From the IMG/VR virus record IMGVR_UViG_3300031578_000005, positions 64,514-128,513 of that record: DNA of 64,000 bases. One strand, written 5' to 3'. The stretch comes from a virus. A program made the translations under genes and the position numbers. Position 1 is the first letter of the stretch, and each line of letters starts with the position of its first letter. Below are positions 19,385 through 28,904 of the stretch, in pieces. Below the pieces are notes generated by a model. That model did no database searches and was not told the DNA's origin. It saw only the letters and a program-made list of their open reading frames with translations.

Positions 19385-19732
19385 ATGGGACAATCACCAT
19401 ACTCAGAAACCGATTTGAATAACTATGTATACGTAGTACCAAATAGTCATTTTTGGACTGATTTGAATCAATTAACCAATGCTTTAGAGATTGATCCGCC
19501 ATCTAAAGAATATATATTAATTGGACTTGATAATACCATTAAAAACGGATATGATATTCAGTTAATTAATTCTGATATAAAACATGATACACCAGTAGTT
19601 AAATCAGTTAATGATATTATTAATTACATTAATGATGATAAGACCTATAGCAATAATATTCTATTCTTAATGCTTAACTATATGATACATTTTGGATATA
19701 ATCTAGTTAAAACCACTGCAAATGAATATTGA
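19385..19732 (+). CDS. Hypothetical protein
   Basis: ORF in operon. Confidence 0.55.
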   Translation: MGQSPYSETDLNNYVYVVPNSHFWTDLNQLTNALEIDPPSKEYILIGLDNTIKNGYDIQLINSDIKHDTPVVKSVNDIINYINDDKTYSNNILFLMLNYMIHFGYNLVKTTANEY

Positions 19733-20078
19733 TCTTAATAGTACGTATTGGGATAGACTAAAGGGTTATGTCACAAAACTACGGGTAGATGCCCGTTGGG
19801 TATTACGTGATAATATCACCAATAAATCATATGGATCATTAAGAATTGTTTCACATCCAGATTTGCCACCCGGACATTTACGTGCATTTTTTACATATGT
19901 GGTGACAATAACCCCTAAGACTAGGGAGGAAAAGATTCAAACAATTGAAGATTATCAAATGGAAATTACTGAACTTGAAGTTTATTCAATTGAAGATAGC
20001 ATTAACACTGAAAATAAAACATATGAAGCACCATATAAAGAACTTGAAGAAATGTTTGGTGTAAAAGTATTTGAATAA
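19722..20078 (+). CDS. Hypothetical protein
   Basis: ORF in operon. Confidence 0.6.
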   Translation: MNIDLNSTYWDRLKGYVTKLRVDARWVLRDNITNKSYGSLRIVSHPDLPPGHLRAFFTYVVTITPKTREEKIQTIEDYQMEITELEVYSIEDSINTENKTYEAPYKELEEMFGVKVFE

Positions 20079-20089
20079 TAGCATACCAA

Positions 20090-21127
20090 ATGAAAAAGAA
20101 ATATAAATTATTAATTATTGGTCACATGCGACATGGTAAAGATACTGTTGCGGGAATGATTGAAGAATTTACGGGAATGTCATTTAAAAGCTCATCAGAA
20201 ATGGCAGCTGAGATTTTTATTTATGACAAACTAAAGGATGAATATGGATATTCAACATTTATTGAATGTTTTGAAGACCGCATGGCTCATCGTGCGGAAT
20301 GGCATGATTTAATTTGTGAATATAATATGCCTGATAAAGCAAGGTTAGCAAAAGAAATATTGGAATATAATGACATGTATGTTGGAATGCGGAGTCAAGA
20401 TGAGATACAGAAGTGTATTGATGATAAAGTCTTCGATATGATTATTGGTGTTTATGATGAAAATAAACCATTAGAACCGAAAGATTCATTTAACATCGAT
20501 TTATTTTCATCAAGTGATATTATCATACCAACAGGTGATTTGAATTTGGTAAAATTAAAAGTAAAAAAAATCTGTGATCTTTTATTAAACCAAGACTCAG
20601 ATAGACCCAAAAAATTTCTTAAATTTCCAAAAATTGGCTTAGACGTTGATGGTGTATTAGCTGATTTTACCGGTGCTTGGGCTAATTTATATTCAGATGT
20701 TAATGCCACACCAAGTTCATGGTATTTTGATAGGAAAATTGTTGAAAGATTTGAAGCAATGAGAGAAAATAATACTTTAGATGATTTTTATTTAAACATT
20801 GAGCCATTAATAGGGGAAAGCGAATTACCATTTGAACCACATTGTTACATCACCTCAAGACCCGTTTCGAAAGAAATTACTGAGGCATGGTTAGATAAGC
20901 ATAATTTTCCACGTAAACCCGTAATTAGTTTGGATATTAAAACCAGTAAAGTCGATGCTGCAAAAAAAGCTGGTGTTGAAATATTTATTGATGATTCATT
21001 TGAAAATTTTGTTGATTTAAATAATAACAATATTTTCACCTATCTATTTACAGCACCTTGGAATATAAAATATGATGTTGGACATATGAGGCTTAATTCA
21101 TTAAAAGACATGTCATTATTAAAATAA
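20090..21127 (+). CDS. Fusion: dNMP-kinase-like P-loop domain + HAD 5'(3')-deoxyribonucleotidase-like domain
   Basis: IIGHMRHGKDTVA at N-terminus; GLDVDGVLADF, ITSR, FIDD and APWN in C-terminal half. Confidence 0.7.
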   Translation: MKKKYKLLIIGHMRHGKDTVAGMIEEFTGMSFKSSSEMAAEIFIYDKLKDEYGYSTFIECFEDRMAHRAEWHDLICEYNMPDKARLAKEILEYNDMYVGMRSQDEIQKCIDDKVFDMIIGVYDENKPLEPKDSFNIDLFSSSDIIIPTGDLNLVKLKVKKICDLLLNQDSDRPKKFLKFPKIGLDVDGVLADFTGAWANLYSDVNATPSSWYFDRKIVERFEAMRENNTLDDFYLNIEPLIGESELPFEPHCYITSRPVSKEITEAWLDKHNFPRKPVISLDIKTSKVDAAKKAGVEIFIDDSFENFVDLNNNNIFTYLFTAPWNIKYDVGHMRLNSLKDMSLLK

Positions 21128-21218
21128 TAATAACGTAAAATTAGTTGAAATATTAAACTAAACGGTCATCTCATAGTATTTATGTTTGATTTAAAACATT
21201 AACATTAACTAAAAAAAT

Positions 21219-21686
21219 ATGAGTAATATTGTAGCTGATATCGTCGAGAGCGTTGAGATAAAACCAAATAAAACAAAGAGCATTTTAAAATGGATTATCA
21301 GTATTTCAGTCACACTGATTAGCTTAGCATTTGTTTTTGGCGAAATTAAAGCAAATTATTTAAATAAGTTAAATAATATTGAAATCACAACCAAAAAGAA
21401 TACTGAATCTGTAGTTGAATTAAAACATGAAATGAATATTAACGTTAATAAACTCAATAATAGAATTAATAAAGTTTATGATGATGGATATGAGATTTTT
21501 GTTGATTTTCAAGAATACAATCAAAGACAACTTGAGTTATTTATTGATTACGGTGCAAGTAATAAAGAAATATTAAAAAAGGTATTACAAATAAGTATTA
21601 CAGAAAAAAATAAGGAAGTAAGAACTATCATGGAAAAAGCAAAAAACTATGATAAAGATACTCTCAATAATACAATAAAACATTAA
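21219..21686 (+). CDS. Membrane-anchored coiled-coil protein
   Basis: Single TM helix; TATTTAT motif upstream. Confidence 0.55.
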   Translation: MSNIVADIVESVEIKPNKTKSILKWIISISVTLISLAFVFGEIKANYLNKLNNIEITTKKNTESVVELKHEMNINVNKLNNRINKVYDDGYEIFVDFQEYNQRQLELFIDYGASNKEILKKVLQISITEKNKEVRTIMEKAKNYDKDTLNNTIKH

Positions 21687-21688
21687 CG

Positions 21689-22003
21689 ATGAAAGTACTT
21701 GCAATGAATTATAATAAAAATGAATTTATTAAATTTCTCACGAAATTAAATTGTGATGACGCAATAATAAATAAGTTCATAGAACTACCTGAATTGGTTA
21801 AGCGTAATGGCAATACGTATGAGATATACATAAACACAACATGGTATAATATTGATAGACCATACTATAATTTTGAACTAAATTACTATTCAGAATATCT
21901 AAATGAGTTTTTATTTAATACAAAAATTTTAAATAAAGTCGAATTAAGCATTAATAACTTATTATATGAATTAACTAATGCTAAATTAATAACCAGAAAA
22001 TAA
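21689..22003 (+). CDS. Hypothetical protein
   Basis: ORF. Confidence 0.55.
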   Translation: MKVLAMNYNKNEFIKFLTKLNCDDAIINKFIELPELVKRNGNTYEIYINTTWYNIDRPYYNFELNYYSEYLNEFLFNTKILNKVELSINNLLYELTNAKLITRK

Positions 22004-22662
22004 TGAAAATTACAATCGCAATAATTTCAGATACACATAATAAGCACAAACAATTAAATTTACCTGATGCTGACGTTATTATTCATTGTGGTGACTTTAC
22101 TTCTGTTGGTAAAGAACATGAGATTCGTAATTTTTTTAAATGGTATTCTAAGTTAGAACAATATAAACATAAAATAGTTATTGCCGGAAATCATGATTGG
22201 TTATTTGAAACCAATAGTTTATTAGCAAAAAGTTTGGTGCCCAAAAATGTGATTTATCTTGAAGATTCTGGTGTTGAAATCGAAGGAATTAAATTCTATG
22301 GTACTCCTGTTCAAAGACCATTCAATAATTGGGCATTTAATCGTCCAGAAGAAAAACTTGAAAAACATTGGCAAGCAATTCCAGATAATATCGATGTATT
22401 AATTACACACAGCCCACCATACTCAATTATGGATTTAAGCATATATAATGGAGATTGCTGTGGCTCACCGAGTTTATATAATGAGGTTGTAGAACGCATT
22501 AAACCATTAGTTCATTTAATGGGACATATCCATGATGGCTATGGCGTTAAGATTATTAATGGTGTTGTTTTTATCAATGCCTCAAATCTTGATGAAAGTT
22601 ATAATTGTGTAAATAAACCAATATTAATTGAATTGATTAATGGTAAAGTAAATATTCTTTAA
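22003..22662 (+). CDS. Calcineurin-like metallophosphoesterase
   Basis: ISDTH, HCGD, AGNHD, THSPP and GHIH motifs. Confidence 0.9.
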   Translation: MKITIAIISDTHNKHKQLNLPDADVIIHCGDFTSVGKEHEIRNFFKWYSKLEQYKHKIVIAGNHDWLFETNSLLAKSLVPKNVIYLEDSGVEIEGIKFYGTPVQRPFNNWAFNRPEEKLEKHWQAIPDNIDVLITHSPPYSIMDLSIYNGDCCGSPSLYNEVVERIKPLVHLMGHIHDGYGVKIINGVVFINASNLDESYNCVNKPILIELINGKVNIL

Positions 22663-22672
22663 ATCATATAAT

Positions 22673-23524
22673 ATGAAAAACAAATTACAACAACATATAA
22701 AACACATTAAAACGATGTTTTATACTCTCATTGGGTGCAAGTTGAAGAGGAAAGATAGTACTAACTATATTAGGCATTACGAATATCAATTAAGATATAT
22801 TGAAGATGGTTTTCATAAACAACTATTTGATCAAATTATGACATATATTGTAGCTGGAAGATTTAAAGAGAAAACATTTCTAATGACTGATTGTGTTGGA
22901 ACACCACCAAATGGTGAACATATGTTTTGTAATAAGTTGATTAGATTAAAAAGCACCGTAAATGAAACATACTCAACGATAACCGGATATGATACATTTC
23001 AAGTTGCAATTAATTTGTTTGATAGAAAATGTTTTGAAAATGATATAATATTTGATGTTGAGAATGAAAATCATATTAATGAAATATTGGAAATATATGG
23101 ATTACTAAAAAATAATTCAGATTACAATAAGGGGGTTGACATTGAAAAAGATTTTCTTCATAGTGGGTTATTTTTTATTGAAAAGGGTAAAATTTGTTAT
23201 TATATCATTAAAAAGGATGATAATGATAAAATGTTTATACGTGATAAAAAATATGTCGAAAACAATAGTGTATTTAATGATTATTTATTTTTATCATTCG
23301 ATATTACAGATGCAAAATATGACAATACCAATGAGATAATCGAATATTGTAAAAACTCAATAAGAAAACATTATAAACTAAAAGAAGATACGAAACATCT
23401 TGATTTAAAAGATAGGTTTTCGTTTATAATATTCGATGATGATAATAAAATAAAGAACTTACCTTATTTAAATAACATTGATTTTGTATTATCTGAAATT
23501 GGTTGTAAATATGAAGATATTTAA
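22673..23524 (+). CDS. Hypothetical protein carried in attC-like cassette (true start may be downstream)
   Basis: 283-aa ORF bounded by attC-like sites. Confidence 0.55.
   Translation: MKNKLQQHIKHIKTMFYTLIGCKLKRKDSTNYIRHYEYQLRYIEDGFHKQLFDQIMTYIVAGRFKEKTFLMTDCVGTPPNGEHMFCNKLIRLKSTVNETYSTITGYDTFQVAINLFDRKCFENDIIFDVENENHINEILEIYGLLKNNSDYNKGVDIEKDFLHSGLFFIEKGKICYYIIKKDDNDKMFIRDKKYVENNSVFNDYLFLSFDITDAKYDNTNEIIEYCKNSIRKHYKLKEDTKHLDLKDRFSFIIFDDDNKIKNLPYLNNIDFVLSEIGCKYEDI
22682..22738. repeat. Short attC-like site
   Basis: AAATTACAAC-aac-a-tataaaaca..tgttttata-ctctc-ATTGGGTGC. Confidence 0.6.
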
Positions 23525-23539
23525 GGATAATAACAACCA

Positions 23540-23675
23540 GCACCCAACACCGTGTATAGTGCATTTGGTGGGTATAGGTTATTTGTAATACATCACATTT
23601 AATTAACATTATAATGACTTGATAATTAGGTGCAATAAAAACCAAACGCCACCATACACGTCAACGTTGTAATTT
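23540..23675. repeat. attC-like site
   Basis: GCACCCAAC-acc-gtgtatagtgcatttggt...accaaacgccaccatacac-gtcaac-GTTGTAATTT. Confidence 0.7.
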
Positions 23676-23733
23676 ATTTAAATCACAATATAAATGATAA
23701 ACATTTTATGAATAAAAATAATTAAAAATTAAT

Positions 23734-24768
23734 ATGAAAGATTTGAAACCAAAATTCGATTTTAATGATATATCATTAGTACCTGCGATATTATCCAATA
23801 TCATTTCAAGAAATGAGATAAATATTTTTGACATTAACAATAAATTACCAATATTTGTGTCACCAATGGATACAGTCGTTGATGATGGTAATTATAAAAC
23901 ATTCATTGATTTAGGCATGTATGTTTGTATGCCAAGAAATTATAGCGAATCAAATAAAAAATATGAAGATGAATGCTTCATTTCTTATGGTCTTGATGAT
24001 ATTGAATCAATCATAAATAACGGCGAAGAACTACCAAAAAGGGTATTAATCGATGTTGCTAATGCACATTCAATCAGGGTATATGAAGTATCAAAAAAGA
24101 TTAAAGAAAATTATAATATTGAATTAATGGTTGGTAATATTGCCAATCCAGAAACATATATTAAATATGCAAAAATTGGTGTCGATTATATTCGCTGTGG
24201 AATTGGTGCGGGGCAAAGCTGCACAACTTCAGCAAATAGCTCCATACATTATCCAATTGCTTCATTAATACATGAAATATCAAAAATAAAAAAAGAATTA
24301 AAATTTAAAAACGCACCAAAGATTATTGCTGATGGTGGATTTAAAAACTATGATGATGTAATTAAGGCAATTGGAATTGGTGCTGATGGCGTGATGTTGG
24401 GCAGTATTATAAATAAATCTATTGAGTCTTGTGGTGATAATTTTATAGTAAAAAATAATGAATATATTAAGATTGATAATGACGATGCAATAAAATTATA
24501 TGGAGAAGGAATAACAATTTTTAAAAGATTTAGAGGCATGAGTACAAAAGAAGTCCAAATAAAATGGGGGAAAAAAGAGTTGCGCACATCCGAAGGAATT
24601 GTTAAATTTAACAAAGTCGAATATTCGATATCGGGATGGATTGATAATTTTAAGGATTATTTAAAATCATGCATGTCATATCAAAATAAACTAAATATTT
24701 CTGAATTTATTGGTAATTCTGATTTTATCTTTATAACAAAAAATGCATATGACAGATTCAATAAATAA
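23734..24768 (+). CDS. IMP dehydrogenase/GMP reductase family protein
   Basis: FDFNDI, SPMDTV, IDVAN, GNIA, GIGAGQSCTT (catalytic Cys), IADGG, VMLGS, FRGMS, SEG. Confidence 0.85.
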   Translation: MKDLKPKFDFNDISLVPAILSNIISRNEINIFDINNKLPIFVSPMDTVVDDGNYKTFIDLGMYVCMPRNYSESNKKYEDECFISYGLDDIESIINNGEELPKRVLIDVANAHSIRVYEVSKKIKENYNIELMVGNIANPETYIKYAKIGVDYIRCGIGAGQSCTTSANSSIHYPIASLIHEISKIKKELKFKNAPKIIADGGFKNYDDVIKAIGIGADGVMLGSIINKSIESCGDNFIVKNNEYIKIDNDDAIKLYGEGITIFKRFRGMSTKEVQIKWGKKELRTSEGIVKFNKVEYSISGWIDNFKDYLKSCMSYQNKLNISEFIGNSDFIFITKNAYDRFNK

Positions 24769-25168
24769 AACAGATAATCTAGCAGAAATCATCAGTAGTT
24801 TATCTACCAATGAGATTAATAACTTATATGGTAAATATTCAGATGTTCTGGAACTCTATGTAATTAGAAATCGTGAACAGTTGCCATATCTAGCATATGC
24901 AATTGATACGGCATATAATTATATCAAAGAAAATCATGGCGATTTAGATAAGGACTGGAAAACAATGACAGTTCTGGTAATAACGAAACTATTAATTGAT
25001 GGTAATATTAATAGCGTAAATGATGTGACAAAATTAATTGATGATTTCATCAAGTACCATAATCAAAATTATGAAAAATATGTTAATGACTTGATTATTT
25101 TTGATGATATTGATAATTATTTAAGATTCACACATAAATTCACGGGGAAAAACATCAATAATAAATAG
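24743..25168 (+). CDS. Hypothetical protein
   Basis: ORF. Confidence 0.5.
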   Translation: MHMTDSINKTDNLAEIISSLSTNEINNLYGKYSDVLELYVIRNREQLPYLAYAIDTAYNYIKENHGDLDKDWKTMTVLVITKLLIDGNINSVNDVTKLIDDFIKYHNQNYEKYVNDLIIFDDIDNYLRFTHKFTGKNINNK

Positions 25169-25175
25169 AGTATTT

Positions 25176-25406
25176 ATGAACAAAGACGACATTATGGAAA
25201 GATCAATTAAATACCGGAGATTTGAAGAATTCTTAAATACTGCTTCAAATACATCAGATGAATCATCATTACAAATTTTTCTTGATAAATTAGTTACTGA
25301 GGGTTGGAACATTATTTATTATAACGAAGAAAAAACCGACCCGAATCATAAGGACGAATTACATGTTGTTATTTTAGCAAACAAACGACAAAATAGCATT
25401 ATATGA
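25176..25406 (+). CDS. Hypothetical protein
   Basis: ORF in operon. Confidence 0.5.
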   Translation: MNKDDIMERSIKYRRFEEFLNTASNTSDESSLQIFLDKLVTEGWNIIYYNEEKTDPNHKDELHVVILANKRQNSII

Positions 25407-25573
25407 GCAAAGATTCTGGATATTTAGTTGAAACTAAAACAGGCAAAAATGGTAGAACATACCATCGTGAGAACTTAATCGATAAAAAAATAATTGTCCA
25501 CGTTATTGATGATAACAACCTGAAAATATTATGCGATCCCCAAACAATAAAAATTACTGGATATATTGATTAA
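25403..25573 (+). CDS. Small hypothetical protein (not in ORF track)
   Basis: MSKDSGYLVETKTGKNGRTYH...ITGYID*; overlaps upstream stop (ATGA). Confidence 0.5.
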   Translation: MSKDSGYLVETKTGKNGRTYHRENLIDKKIIVHVIDDNNLKILCDPQTIKITGYID

Positions 25574-25578
25574 AAGCT

Positions 25579-25992
25579 ATGATTATGGAAAATATTAAAT
25601 TAATACCAAAACACACTTATCTATTTAAAATTAGATCATCAAATAATTTAAGTGCCGGAACAATACTTGCAATTACAAATACTGCATGCTATATCAAATG
25701 GAATAATGGTAGTAATAATACATATATATGGTATGAGAAGGAATATGTTGATATATACATGAGCATTATTGAAGACATTACAGAATTTGATGATGTTGTT
25801 AATACCAAACGGGTATTGAATGATGTTGTTAATACCAAACGGGTATTGAATGATGCCGTAACACCAATAAAATATATTCCATGCAGGAAATGTAACGGTA
25901 CTGGTAAAATCCTTGATGACGGATCAAGTACTGGTGATAGTGTTTGCAATATCTGTTGGGGAGCAAAGATCACCGTTATTGGTGGAGATTAA
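25579..25992 (+). CDS. Hypothetical protein with DnaJ-like zinc finger
   Basis: CRKCNGTG...CNICWG. Confidence 0.55.
   Translation: MIMENIKLIPKHTYLFKIRSSNNLSAGTILAITNTACYIKWNNGSNNTYIWYEKEYVDIYMSIIEDITEFDDVVNTKRVLNDVVNTKRVLNDAVTPIKYIPCRKCNGTGKILDDGSSTGDSVCNICWGAKITVIGGD
25791..25855 (+). repeat. In-frame 30-bp tandem duplication
   Basis: tgatgttgttaataccaaacgggtattgaa x2 (DVVNTKRVLN x2). Confidence 0.9.
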
Positions 25993-26296
25993 TTGTGATT
26001 TCAAATATACGTTGATCAATATAATGGTTTGACTCGACTATTTTAACATCGAATTTATTGTCGATATCGAAAAACATCAAACCAATGTCATCAGGTAAAT
26101 TATCTGGATATTTTACGGCAATTTCAAAATAAATTTGATGGGCATTAACATAATTTATTTGAACGATAAAATCAAAATTTTCCTTCAATAATTCTAAGCC
26201 GGATAATAACTTCGAGTTTAATTTAATAAGTTCTGCATTTACTTTTAATGCTTTAGCCGAATTTATTATTGTGATGTTCTCATAAATGTCATACAT
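25976..26296 (-). CDS. Hypothetical protein
   Basis: ORF. Confidence 0.5.
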   Translation of the reverse strand: MYDIYENITIINSAKALKVNAELIKLNSKLLSGLELLKENFDFIVQINYVNAHQIYFEIAVKYPDNLPDDIGLMFFDIDNKFDVKIVESNHYIDQRIFEITINLHQ

Positions 26297-26397
26297 AAGT
26301 CTGTAATTTTACAGAAGTAAATTTAATCAAAATTACTTTAAAATGCAATAGTATTTATAAATAAATAAATAGATTTTATCACGTTAATTATAAACAC

Positions 26398-27303
26398 ATG
26401 AATAATTATTATCAGATATTAATTATGAATAGTGGCAACATCATTCATAATGCTTTTGCGACATCACATAAAGACTTAATCAATAAGTATTTGGCCAATT
26501 CAGATGTTCAAAATAAAACATATTTTAAAGCAACATTTACACCCAGAGAAAATTCCAGACTAGATGATGTAGATAATTACCAATTGATTATAAATGAAAA
26601 TTATGTTCCCGAATGGTTTCATGGTGAATTGGCAGAAAATATCGTCATTGACTTAAAAATAATAATCACTTCAATGATAATCAGAAGCTATAAACGGCTA
26701 TTATTAAATGAGGGTGCAATACTAATTGGTAATGCAATAATTGATGACGTTAAGAATTCAATTGTTTTTGGAATGTATGATAACGCCAAAATAAAAACAC
26801 TGGATGATACTTCAAGAATTATATTAATGACAGGTAGTGCTGGTGTAGATGTTATGACTGATGTTACAATTATTGATGAAATGCGTGAAGGTGCAAGCGT
26901 CAGGCAAATGCTGGGCTATAGTAAGATATTATCAATGTTCGAACAAACACGTGTTAATTCAATTAATGACTACGCCAGAATTGGTATATTAAAAGGAAGT
27001 TCAAAAATAAATGAAATGCATGATGATTCAAAAGCCGATAGACTTAAACACATCTCATCAATAACTGAAATGCATGGTCACGCAGTTATTGAGGAAATGT
27101 GGGATTGGTCAGTTGTTGAGAAAATGTTCGATCAATCAAAAATTAATTACATGGACGAAGATACTAAGGTCTTGGAAATGTATGGTGAATCAACCATTAA
27201 TGAAATGCATGGAAATGCTGTTGTTGAGAGATTATGCGAAAATTCATTGGTGAGAAAATTATATAATGCCGCACAAATACTAAGAAATGAACTTGAAGGA
27301 TAA
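26398..27303 (+). CDS. Repeat protein (9-aa IxEMxxxS repeats, probable beta-solenoid)
   Basis: INEMHDDS, ITEMHGHA, IEEMWDWS, VLEMYGES repeats. Confidence 0.6.
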   Translation: MNNYYQILIMNSGNIIHNAFATSHKDLINKYLANSDVQNKTYFKATFTPRENSRLDDVDNYQLIINENYVPEWFHGELAENIVIDLKIIITSMIIRSYKRLLLNEGAILIGNAIIDDVKNSIVFGMYDNAKIKTLDDTSRIILMTGSAGVDVMTDVTIIDEMREGASVRQMLGYSKILSMFEQTRVNSINDYARIGILKGSSKINEMHDDSKADRLKHISSITEMHGHAVIEEMWDWSVVEKMFDQSKINYMDEDTKVLEMYGESTINEMHGNAVVERLCENSLVRKLYNAAQILRNELEG

Positions 27304-27304
27304 T

Positions 27305-27637
27305 ATGTTGAAAAAATTAGTAATTATAATGTTGATGTTAATCAGTATGAACGCATCTGCTAAACATTATCGGATATATAATTATAATGGCAGTAAATGT
27401 GAGATGATTAGTTATAATGACAATCTCGAATTAGATGGTACCTGCAAAACATGGAATAATAACGTCTTAATCAGCATCAGTCACTATAAAAACGGCATCA
27501 AAACCCGGACGTGGAAAGTCTATTATCGCAATGGCGGTTTAGAATATAAAATTAAATACAGAAATGGTGTAAAGACTGGCACGTGGAAACATTATGACGA
27601 ACATGGTGTTGTTATTGAAGAAAAACAATATCAGTAA
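27305..27637 (+). CDS. Secreted MORN-variant repeat protein (YwqK-like)
   Basis: Signal peptide; YKNGIKTRTWKVYYRNG / YRNGVKTGTWKHYDEHG repeats. Confidence 0.7.
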   Translation: MLKKLVIIMLMLISMNASAKHYRIYNYNGSKCEMISYNDNLELDGTCKTWNNNVLISISHYKNGIKTRTWKVYYRNGGLEYKIKYRNGVKTGTWKHYDEHGVVIEEKQYQ

Positions 27638-27711
27638 TTGCTATAAACATAACGTAATTTTAAGCTATGGAGAAAAACACAGACAGTACATATAAATGCA
27701 TCTGTTAAAAC

Positions 27712-27910
27712 TCCAAAAAATTTCCAGAATTTTTTGATGGCCAGAATTTTTGCTAATTACTTATAGCATAAGGATTTTCGGAATTTTTGAAAATTTTTTC
27801 TGGGAAAATTTTTGCAGTCTTTATGTGAGGCTACAAGTGTAGCACCCCGGCCCCCTCAGAGGGGGGGTCTAACGGGGGGGTGTAAGGGGGGGATACGTAG
27901 GGGGTGGGGT
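27712..27910. other. Phased A/T-tract + G-tract element (candidate genome end, packaging site or origin)
   Basis: Repeated (g)aattttt tracts at 27712-27815, then G7-N6-G7-N5-G7-N7-G5-T-G4 at 27861-27909. Confidence 0.5.
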
Positions 27911-28006
27911 GTATATATGTTAAAACCATATAAGACTTAAATAAACCCAGCAAATTCGAAAGATAATATAAAAGTAATACATCACACCCATTTAGGATAG
28001 GAATTA

Positions 28007-28036
28007 AAAAACAGGGCTAAAACTGGCCCTGTTTTG
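28007..28036 (-). terminator. Terminator of 28056..28622
   Basis: aaaacagggc..gccctgtttt with flanking A-run. Confidence 0.6.
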
Positions 28037-28055
28037 GTTGGTGTTTTAGTGGATG

Positions 28056-28622
28056 TTATTTAACACGTTCGAGGGTTTCACCATTGATTTTAATTTCGTC
28101 GAGGTTTCCAACGAGGAAATCCCTGAATTTATCTGATCGAAGATCGAGGTGTTTTTTTATTGCTGATTTGGCAAGCGTTTTGTCTGAACTTTTTACGGTT
28201 TTATATTGGCCTTTTACCAGAACTTTTTTACTAATGCTTTGACCGAAAATATGAACCTGCATAGTATCTTTATGCAAACGTATTGCAGGGGTTAAATTAA
28301 TATAAGCATCAATTTGTCCCTTGCTTTGGTTGCTATGATCTTCAATATCAGCTGATAGGTTTTTTTCTGCTGATGCAAGCAATTCCTGTAGTGCTTGTTT
28401 GCAAATATCCACGGCAATACCAGAACTGGCAGAAATATTTAACAAGTCATTGTCATTGCAGGCTTTCAATCGTTGCAGATCGGTTTCTTTTGCATTTTTA
28501 ACGCTGATGTTAACATTTACAACATAGTTTGCGATCTCCATCGTTGATTTGCTTTCATAACCATTAATGGCAATGAATGAACTACCTTTTAAGTTTTGAA
28601 ATTTGTCGAAAAATGCTTTCAT
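28056..28622 (-). CDS. Hypothetical phage protein, divergent from ECF sigma gene
   Basis: 188-aa ORF; ECF-type promoter on minus strand at 28651-28678. Confidence 0.7.
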   Translation of the reverse strand: MKAFFDKFQNLKGSSFIAINGYESKSTMEIANYVVNVNISVKNAKETDLQRLKACNDNDLLNISASSGIAVDICKQALQELLASAEKNLSADIEDHSNQSKGQIDAYINLTPAIRLHKDTMQVHIFGQSISKKVLVKGQYKTVKSSDKTLAKSAIKKHLDLRSDKFRDFLVGNLDEIKINGETLERVK

Positions 28623-28826
28623 AATATCGATGTTTTGGTTTATATGTACTAATACGGTTTTTACTGGAAAAGGTTACAAAATAACTAGTTTTTTTCTGAT
28701 AAAACCAGATTATTTTTATCTTTGCCCGATATTTACTGCCATTATATATATATTGAAATTATCTGCACTCATAACTATTTGATTTACAGCGATGTTACAA
28801 ATTAATTAAAAATAATCTAATAAAAA

Positions 28827-28854
28827 TGCAACCTTTTTTGTAACATATCGTACA
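28827..28854 (+). promoter_or_regulatory. Putative autoregulatory ECF promoter
   Basis: TGCAAC-16nt-CGTACA directly upstream of sigma gene. Confidence 0.55.
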
Positions 28855-28904
28855 CAGGGATATAAAACAAAACAAACACAGTACTAACAATAAATTTTGA
28901 CAAG

